Made by a program: the position numbers and the translations under genes
The notes under the pieces: model-generated
What the model saw: only the letters and a program-made list of their open reading frames with translations
Told to the model about the DNA's origin: nothing
Database searches by the model: none
In this document: positions 57,311-64,000 of the stretch, piece after piece
Layout: each line of letters starts with the position of its first letter
Numbering within the stretch: the first letter of the stretch is position 1
Source of the DNA: Thermoproteota archaeon
Lineage (GTDB): Archaea > Thermoproteota > Thermoprotei_A > Sulfolobales > NBVN01
Assembly (NCBI GenBank): GCA_030550455.1
Contig: JAUQPH010000001.1
Span: 64,259-128,258, forward strand
Direction of reading: 5' to 3'
Length of the DNA: 64,000 nucleotides

Positions 57311-57454
57311 CTATTCTTCTGCTATGATTAGTGTGTAGACTTCTTTTCCGTGGAGTTGTTTTATCTTTTCTTTGTCTTTTCCTAGTGGGTAGAGGACGTA
57401 GTCTCCTCTTCTGTACTTTATAACGCTACATCTAACCAGCTCGACTCTAGCCAT
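57311..57454 (-). CDS. 47-codon orphan ORF (weak call)
   Basis: The ATG-to-TAG frame reads MARVELVRCSVIKYRRGDYVLYPLGKDKEKIKQLHGKEVYTLIIAEE. It is below the track cutoff and has no recognised family. Confidence 0.2.
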   Translation of the reverse strand: MARVELVRCSVIKYRRGDYVLYPLGKDKEKIKQLHGKEVYTLIIAEE

Positions 57455-57498
57455 GTATATCCACCTTCACAGATAATGGAAAGAAAGCTTTATAAACA

Positions 57499-57735
57499 AT
57501 GCTCTACTCTATAGTTCTAGATGTGGTGAGCTACTCGGTGGGGGAGGGAGAGCTCGTCGAGGCTCTTAAGGTGAGGGCTCTCCCCGAGGGTAGTGATGAC
57601 CGTGATGCGTTAATTGAGTTCCTGAAGCTCTACCGTGATGCTGTTCAGGTAGCGATAGACAGGTTGTGGAGTTTAAGTGAGATACCTTCAATTAAAGCTC
57701 TACACAGAATGCTCTACTCGGAGCTGAACCACTAG
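57499..57735 (+). pseudogene. 5' fragment of a TnpB (IS200/IS605 orfB) gene
   Basis: LKVRALPE...ALIEFLKLYRDAVQVAIDRLW...PSIKALHRMLYSEL matches the usual N-terminal helical region of archaeal TnpB/OrfB. The frame ends in two stops, and GLTAADQRKECY continues in frame for about 20 codons. No RuvC or zinc-finger part follows. Confidence 0.5.
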
Positions 57736-57866
57736 TGAGGCTTAACCGCAGCAGATCAGAGAAAAGAGTGTTACGTACTTGACTACCTAAGTTAGCTTAT
57801 ATGAAGATACCCAACGCAATGCTTATAATTTGCTACAAGAACAACTACAGTAGGCTGGGATATAGT

Positions 57867-58124
57867 TTGAGCAGTAAAAGAGTAAGGGTAGAAGAAAAAA
57901 TATTGGAGCATGAGTTAGTCCCCAAGCATGAGCTTTTAACTAAGGAAGAAGCTATTAGAGTACTTAGAGAGTTAGGAGTACGTCCGGAGCAACTTCCTTG
58001 GATTAGAGCATCTGATCCGGTAGCTAAACTACTGAACGCTAAGCCCGGCGATATCATAAGAGTTATAAGAAAGTCTCCAACAGCAGGAACCTCTATAGCT
58101 TATAGGTTTGTTGTAGTAGGTTAG
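57867..58124 (+). CDS. rpoH: DNA-directed RNA polymerase subunit H (Rpb5-like)
   Basis: [56 protein letters not shown] is colinear with Sulfolobus RpoH. I chose the in-frame TTG at 57867 (85 aa), because the track ORF start at 57801 gives an atypical extension. Confidence 0.85.
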   Translation: MSSKRVRVEEKILEHELVPKHELLTKEEAIRVLRELGVRPEQLPWIRASDPVAKLLNAKPGDIIRVIRKSPTAGTSIAYRFVVVG

Positions 58125-58133
58125 GGGGTAAGA

Positions 58134-61100
58134 ATGGCAGGTGAGAGTAGTTACCTAGCGCCAGAAGTTAGGTGGCAGATATATAAGGATTTCCTTCAGA
58201 GAATAGGGTTAGTAAAGCATCACGTGGACTCTTTCAATAACTTCGTAGATAGAGGGCTTAAGGAAATCGTCACAAGTCTTGGAGTAATCGAGGTACCTAC
58301 TAGAGAGCCTTCCCTCAAGGGTCTAACGATAGAATTCGTTGATGTTAGTATTGGGGCACCAAAGTTTTACGAAGTCGAGGGCAACGTAGTAGATGTGACA
58401 CCGATGATGGCGCGCCTCAGGAATCTCACGTATAGTGTTCCAGTTAATGCCAAAGTAGTAGTTAAAAGAGACGGAAGTGTCTTGTATGAAGATGAGGTGC
58501 CAGTATGTTTTCTTCCCGTAATGGTGAGGTCAAAGATCGATCCGACCTCTAAGATGAGCAAGAAAGAGCTTATCGAGATAGGTGAGGATTGGAGAGACCC
58601 CGGGGGTTACTTCATAATAAATGGATCTGAGAGGGTTATAGTAGCACAAGAGGATCTAGCTCCCAACAGGGTTTTCGTAGAGAAAGCAGAGGCTGGAGCC
58701 AACATAACGCACTCAGCTAAGATGATATCAGTTTCAGCAGGTCTTAGAGTACCAACAATTGTTGATAGGCTCAAGGATGGAACTCTTGTAATAAACTTCC
58801 CACCATTACTAGCCAAAGTTCCGGTAGTTATAGTGATGAAGGCCTTGGGGTTAACTACGGATAAGGAGATAGTTTATGCGGTATCTCAGGACCCTGAGGT
58901 GCAACAAGAGCTCCTACCATCTCTCCTTCAGGTTCAAGAAATAAAGACTCGTGAAGAAGCGCTAGACTATATTGGTGCTAGAATTGCTGCTGGGCAGATA
59001 GCAGAAGCTAGGAGAAAGAGAGCAGAAGAGGTTTTAGATAGGTATCTGTTTCCCCATATTGGAACAGATTCATCGGCATCCACAAGACTGAGGAAGGCCC
59101 TTTACCTTGGGCAGATGATAAACAGGTTGATAGAACTCGTTTTGGGTAAACGCGAGCCAGATGACAGGGATCATTATGGGAACAGAAGACTGAGGCTCGC
59201 CGGTGATCTACTGGCTCAACTGTTTAGAGTTGCCTTCAGACAGTATATCGAGGAACTAAAAAGTGCTCTAGAAAGAATAACGATAAGGTCAGGACGCATC
59301 AATATCAAGGCTTTCGCCAGACCCGACATTGTTACTGAGAGAATACGACACGCTCTAGCAACAGGTAACTGGGTAGGTGGAAAAACCGGAGTAAGCCAAA
59401 TGCTGGATAGAACAAACTGGATATCTACACTTAGCCACCTAAGGAGGAGTGTGTCACCGCTGAGTAGAGGGCAACCACACTTTGAAGCACGAGATGTTCA
59501 CGGAACTCAGTTCGGCAGAATTTGTCTATTTGAAACACCAGAGGGACCAAACTGTGGCTTAGTCAAAAACTTAGCTCTCTATGTGAAGATATCGGCTGGT
59601 GCTAACCCAGAGGAGGTAATATCAATTGTAAAGAAACTAGGCGTTATTCCGGCTGAGGAGGTATTTAAGAAACTCGTTAACCAGGGTCCTGAAGCTATTG
59701 AAGATATAAGCTCATACGCAAAAGTCTTCCTCAATGGAACTCTAGTAGGTTATTATGCTGGAAGTGCTGAGTCTTTAGCGAGGGCCCTCATCCACTTAAG
59801 GAGAAAAGGTAGACTACACCCCGAGATTAACGTTAAGTACTTAAGGACTGAGTACCTCAACGAAGTCTATATAAATACTGACGAGGGTAGAACTCTCAGA
59901 CCCCTAATAGTCGTCGAAAACGGGAAACCTAAGCTCACTCAAGAGGTAATAAATGAGTACCTATCAGGGAAGGCAACTTTTGAGGACCTAGTTAAAAGGG
60001 GAATTATCGAGTTCCTAGACCCAGACGAAGAAGAAAATGCGTACGTAGCACTAAACCCGGAGGACTTAACCCCAGAGCACACTCACCTAGAGCTGTGGCC
60101 TCCGGCAATAGTTGGTGTAGCTGCTGCTACAATACCGTTTTTAGAGCACAACCAGTCCCCCAGGAATACCTACCAAGCTGCTATGGCTAAACAAGCTCTT
60201 GGACTGTATGCTTCGAACTTCAACTTGAGATTCGATAGCAGAGCACACGTCCTTCACTACCCGCAGAAGCCTATAGTTCAGACAAAGTTTTTAGACATAA
60301 TAGGGTACAACGATAGACCGGCTGGTCAGAACTTCATCATCGCAGTACTTTCTTACACCGGGTACAACATGGAGGACGCCGTGATCCTTAACAAGTCCTC
60401 TGTAGATAGGGGTCTAGCACGTAGTACGTTCTACAGGGAGTACATAACGGAAGAACTTAGGTATGCTGGAGGGCAGATGGATAAGATCGAGATCCCGGAA
60501 CCCTCCGTGAGAGGGTATAGGGGTCGAGAAAACTACTCTCTGCTAGACGACGACGGTATCGTGAGTCCGGAAGCAAAGGTGTTGTCTGGGAATGTTTTAG
60601 TAGGGAAGACGTCACCTCCGAGGTTTATGGAGGAGTATAAGGAGTTAGGCATAGTTAGTACGACACGGAGAGACACTTCAGTAACTCTACGACATGGAGA
60701 TAGGGGTGTGGTAGATTCTGTTTTGATAACTGTATCTGCTGATGGCAACAAGCTTGTTAGAGTAAGGGTCAGAGACCTAAGGATTCCCGAGATAGGGGAT
60801 AAGTTCGCTTCTAGACATGGGCAAAAGGGTGTTGTAGGGCTTTTACTTCCGCAGTACGATATGCCGTACACACCCGACGGTGTAACACCAGACATAATAA
60901 TAAATCCACACGCACTTCCGTCTAGAATGACCGTTGGGCAGCTGATCGAATCTATAGCTGGTAAAGTTGGGGCTCTAGAGGGTAGATTAGTGGACGGAAC
61001 CCCATTCTACGGTGAGAAGCCGGAGGATCTGAAGGCCAGACTACTCCTCAGAGGGTATCCGAGAGACGGTACCGAACCTATTTACGATGGGAGAACAGGG

Positions 61101-61550
61101 GAGCTACTATCTAACCCGGTGTTCATTGGCATAGTTTACTATCAGAGGTTGCACCATATGGTAGCCGACAAGATCCACGCAAGAGCTAGAGGACCAGTTC
61201 AATTACTTACTCGTCAGCCGACGGAGGGAAGAGCTCGTGAAGGCGGTCTTAGGTTCGGTGAGATGGAGAGGGATTGTCTTATCGGTCATGGAGCAGCCTT
61301 ACTTCTTCAGGAGAGAATGCTAGAGAGCTCAGATAAGGTGTTAATGTATGTTTGCTCTGATTGCGGTTTAATTGGGTGGTTTGATAGAAAGAAGAACAAG
61401 TACGTCTGTCCACTTCATGGGGATAAGGGAAGACTTTACCCTGTTAAAGTGAGTTACGCATTTAAGCTACTGCTCCAGGAGTTGATGTCCATGATGGTTT
61501 ACCCGAAGCTCGTCCTAGGAGATAAGTACGAAGTAGTTGGAGGTGAGTAG
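58134..61550 (+). CDS. rpoB: DNA-directed RNA polymerase subunit B (unsplit)
   Basis: 1138 aa with all Rpb2 blocks, including [12 protein letters not shown], the [12 protein letters not shown] region and a C-terminal zinc ribbon (CSDCG...CPLHG). Confidence 0.97.
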   Translation: MAGESSYLAPEVRWQIYKDFLQRIGLVKHHVDSFNNFVDRGLKEIVTSLGVIEVPTREPSLKGLTIEFVDVSIGAPKFYEVEGNVVDVTPMMARLRNLTYSVPVNAKVVVKRDGSVLYEDEVPVCFLPVMVRSKIDPTSKMSKKELIEIGEDWRDPGGYFIINGSERVIVAQEDLAPNRVFVEKAEAGANITHSAKMISVSAGLRVPTIVDRLKDGTLVINFPPLLAKVPVVIVMKALGLTTDKEIVYAVSQDPEVQQELLPSLLQVQEIKTREEALDYIGARIAAGQIAEARRKRAEEVLDRYLFPHIGTDSSASTRLRKALYLGQMINRLIELVLGKREPDDRDHYGNRRLRLAGDLLAQLFRVAFRQYIEELKSALERITIRSGRINIKAFARPDIVTERIRHALATGNWVGGKTGVSQMLDRTNWISTLSHLRRSVSPLSRGQPHFEARDVHGTQFGRICLFETPEGPNCGLVKNLALYVKISAGANPEEVISIVKKLGVIPAEEVFKKLVNQGPEAIEDISSYAKVFLNGTLVGYYAGSAESLARALIHLRRKGRLHPEINVKYLRTEYLNEVYINTDEGRTLRPLIVVENGKPKLTQEVINEYLSGKATFEDLVKRGIIEFLDPDEEENAYVALNPEDLTPEHTHLELWPPAIVGVAAATIPFLEHNQSPRNTYQAAMAKQALGLYASNFNLRFDSRAHVLHYPQKPIVQTKFLDIIGYNDRPAGQNFIIAVLSYTGYNMEDAVILNKSSVDRGLARSTFYREYITEELRYAGGQMDKIEIPEPSVRGYRGRENYSLLDDDGIVSPEAKVLSGNVLVGKTSPPRFMEEYKELGIVSTTRRDTSVTLRHGDRGVVDSVLITVSADGNKLVRVRVRDLRIPEIGDKFASRHGQKGVVGLLLPQYDMPYTPDGVTPDIIINPHALPSRMTVGQLIESIAGKVGALEGRLVDGTPFYGEKPEDLKARLLLRGYPRDGTEPIYDGRTGELLSNPVFIGIVYYQRLHHMVADKIHARARGPVQLLTRQPTEGRAREGGLRFGEMERDCLIGHGAALLLQERMLESSDKVLMYVCSDCGLIGWFDRKKNKYVCPLHGDKGRLYPVKVSYAFKLLLQELMSMMVYPKLVLGDKYEVVGGE

Positions 61551-64000
61551 TGGTGGTAGAGTCTGAGAAAGTAGTTAAAGGCGTAAAGTTCGGGATTCTC
61601 TCGCCGGAAATGATAAGAAAGATGTCAGTTACTGCGGTAGTGACCCCGGAGGTATACGACGAGAACGGGATACCGATAGAAGGCGGTGTAATGGATCCGC
61701 GTTTGGGAGTAATTGAGCCAGGTCAAAGATGTGCTACATGTGGGAACACTCTAGCACAGTGTCCAGGTCACTTTGGTCACTTAGAGCTAGCGAAACCTGT
61801 AATACATATAGGATTTGTTAGACATATCTTTATGCTCTTGAAAGCTACATGCCATTCTTGTAATCGCGTTAAGATACCTGAAGACGATGTGATTAAGTAT
61901 CGAGACCTCTATCGAAGACTTAAGGACAGGTGGCCTCAGCTTGCCAACAGCTTGGTGGAGTTCATACGGCAGAAGGCGTCGAAGGCACTAGAGTGTCCAC
62001 ACTGCAAAGCGAGGCAGTTTAAAATTAGGCTGGAGAAGCCGGCGACCTTTATTGAGGAAGGTGGTCGGGGCAAGCTCTATCCAGATGTAATAAAGCAGTG
62101 GCTCAGCAATATTCCGAGTAGTGACTTAGAGGTTCTCGGTCTCGACCCGGAGACGGCGAGACCTGAGTGGATGATTATTAACGTTCTTCCGATACCTCCT
62201 ATTGCGGTTAGACCATCGATCGTTCTTGAGACTGGCATGAGGGCTGAAGATGATCTAACGCATAAGCTAGTCGATATCATCAGAGCTAATGAGAAGCTAA
62301 AAGAGGCCTTAAACTCGGGCGCGCCCGAGATTATAGTGGAGGATCTCTGGGACCTACTTCAGTATCACGTAATGACGTATATCGATAACGAGCTGCCTGG
62401 AATCCCGGTAGCTAAGAGAAGGTCTGGAATGCCCCTTAAGACCTTATCGCAAAGACTTAAAGGTAAAGAAGGTAGGTTTAGAGGCAACCTATCCGGTAAG
62501 AGGGTAGACTACTCAGCTCGAACTGTAATAAGTCCGGATCCTAACTTAGACATAAACGAGGTTGGCGTACCCTACGAAGTCGCTATGACGCTAACAGTTC
62601 CCGAGTACGTAACCCCGTGGAATATAGACAAAATGCGCGAGTATGTGCTCAACGGCCCCTATAAGTGGCCTGGAGCTAACTACGTAATAGACCCAGCTGG
62701 GCGTAGACTTGACTTAAGGTACGTTAAGGACTTGAAGGCTCTAGCTGAAAGCCTTAAACCAGGGTACATCATAGAGAGACACTTAGTGAATGGTGATATA
62801 GTTCTCTTTAATAGGCAGCCATCACTCCACAAAATGTCGATTATGGCGCACAGAGTTCGCGTTCTTCCGGGTAAGACCTTCAGGTTACACTTAGCTGTTT
62901 GCCCACCGTATAACGCGGACTTCGATGGCGACGAGATGAATCTCCATGTTCCGCAAACGGTTGAAGCGAGAGCTGAGGCAGAAGAACTTCTGCTAGTAGA
63001 AGAACACATACTCACTCCAAGATATGGAGGACCGATAATCGGTGGAATTCAAGATTACATAAGCGGAGGGTATCTTTTAACTCTCAAGTCAACACTGTTG
63101 ACTAAGGACCAAGTTTCCGACCTTTTAGCTACAATCGACTACTCAGGCGAGATACCAGAACCAGCAATTATGTCACCAGTCGAGGCCTGGACCGGTAAGC
63201 AGATCTTCAGTCTCCTAATCCCGGAGGACTTCAACTTTATAGGTGAAACCAGACTCTCTTCAGGAAACTTGAAGTGCACCTCGGAGGAGTGCTTCTGGGA
63301 TACTTTACTAATAGTAAAGAAAGGTAAGGTTCTCGCTGGGGTAATAGATAAAACTGTGATTGGATCGCAGCAACCGAAGTCTCTAATGCACTACTTGATC
63401 TCTGAAAAAGGCGTTAGGTTTGGTGCTGACTTCATGAACAAGGCCTTCAAGTTGTTCTTAAGGTACATCGAGATGGTCGGCTTTACTATGACTTTAGATG
63501 ACATCAAACCCGACGAGAAGGCTCTAGAGGAAGCTGAAAAAGTGATTAAGGACTCGTATAGCGAAGTTCATAAACTAATAGAGATGTTTAGAACCGGACA
63601 ACTGGAGCCAGTCCCAGGCAGAACGCTGAGCGAGACTCTAGAAATAAGAATACTAGATGTACTAGCTAGAGCCCGTGATGATGCCGGCTCGGCCTCTATA
63701 CGGTACATGAGCTTAATGAATCCAACCTATATAATGGCTCGAACTGGTGCTAGAGGTGGTAACTTAAACATAACACAAATGTCGGTAGTATTAGGGCAGC
63801 AGTCTGTCAGAGGTGAGAGAATATGGCGTGGGTTTAGAGGTAGAGTTCTTCCCCACTTTAAATACGGGGATCTGTCTCCTGAAGCAAGAGGGTTCGTTCA
63901 GAGCTCATTCTATAAAGGTTTATCGCCACTAGAGGTATTCTTCCACTCAGCTGGTGGAAGAGAAGGCTTAGTCGACACAGCAGTTAGAACCTCCCAGAGT
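61550..64000 (+). CDS. rpoA1: DNA-directed RNA polymerase subunit A' (partial, runs off the window)
   Basis: This frame is open from GTG 61550/61553 to the window end and is absent from the ORF track because it has no stop. Translation reads [16 protein letters not shown]...GVMDPRLG...CATCG...[14 protein letters not shown]...[10 protein letters not shown], the Rpb1 N-terminal blocks and catalytic loop. Confidence 0.95.
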   Translation, partial: MVVESEKVVKGVKFGILSPEMIRKMSVTAVVTPEVYDENGIPIEGGVMDPRLGVIEPGQRCATCGNTLAQCPGHFGHLELAKPVIHIGFVRHIFMLLKATCHSCNRVKIPEDDVIKYRDLYRRLKDRWPQLANSLVEFIRQKASKALECPHCKARQFKIRLEKPATFIEEGGRGKLYPDVIKQWLSNIPSSDLEVLGLDPETARPEWMIINVLPIPPIAVRPSIVLETGMRAEDDLTHKLVDIIRANEKLKEALNSGAPEIIVEDLWDLLQYHVMTYIDNELPGIPVAKRRSGMPLKTLSQRLKGKEGRFRGNLSGKRVDYSARTVISPDPNLDINEVGVPYEVAMTLTVPEYVTPWNIDKMREYVLNGPYKWPGANYVIDPAGRRLDLRYVKDLKALAESLKPGYIIERHLVNGDIVLFNRQPSLHKMSIMAHRVRVLPGKTFRLHLAVCPPYNADFDGDEMNLHVPQTVEARAEAEELLLVEEHILTPRYGGPIIGGIQDYISGGYLLTLKSTLLTKDQVSDLLATIDYSGEIPEPAIMSPVEAWTGKQIFSLLIPEDFNFIGETRLSSGNLKCTSEECFWDTLLIVKKGKVLAGVIDKTVIGSQQPKSLMHYLISEKGVRFGADFMNKAFKLFLRYIEMVGFTMTLDDIKPDEKALEEAEKVIKDSYSEVHKLIEMFRTGQLEPVPGRTLSETLEIRILDVLARARDDAGSASIRYMSLMNPTYIMARTGARGGNLNITQMSVVLGQQSVRGERIWRGFRGRVLPHFKYGDLSPEARGFVQSSFYKGLSPLEVFFHSAGGREGLVDTAVRTSQS

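Noticed and set aside
57801-57866. N-terminal extension of the rpoH ORF in the track ([22 protein letters not shown]...). The same issue applies to the extension of rpoN at 48189-48230.
   Set aside because: Neither extension resembles RpoH/RpoN homologues, which begin close to the conserved core. In-frame starts at 57867 (TTG) and 48231 (ATG) give canonical lengths.

Overview
This 64-kb window looks like the chromosome of a hyperthermophilic crenarchaeon (Thermoproteota), probably Desulfurococcales-like. Evidence: an unsplit rpoB in an rpoH-rpoB-rpoA' operon, Alba, Hjc, a Gins23-MCM pair, fibrillarin-Nop5, intron-containing tRNAs, and structural RNAs that stand out as GC-rich islands. The content is mostly core information-processing genes: aIF-2 gamma, Hel308, MCM/GINS, a ribosomal-protein/rpoD/rpoN block, PheRS, RNA polymerase, SRP RNA and five tRNAs. 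It also holds the three enzymes specific to the archaeal mevalonate pathway (AcnX-type phosphomevalonate dehydratase plus a UbiD-type decarboxylase). I found no CRISPR array and no intact mobile element. The features most worth a second look are: (1) a ~240-bp element present twice at ~99% identity in inverted orientation (8526-8771 and 21443-21681), bracketing 12.7 kb of core genes; (2) a 1.6-kb ORF-free stretch next to tRNA-Lys that reads as a decayed TnpB gene with a GC-rich, self-complementary 3' block, plus a second TnpB 5' fragment just upstream of rpoH; (3) a tRNA-Cys(GCA) whose body is identical to the neighbouring class-II tRNA-Ser apart from the anticodon arm, variable arm and discriminator; (4) a fusion of the AcnX small subunit (DUF126) to thymidylate kinase inside the mevalonate operon; (5) a DUF58/DUF4350 membrane operon with no MoxR ATPase; (6) a CitG-like / phosphoesterase / NAD-kinase-like / HTH-PRTase operon; and (7) several unexplained GC-rich intergenic islands. 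All family assignments come from motif recognition by eye in the supplied translations. No database search was run.
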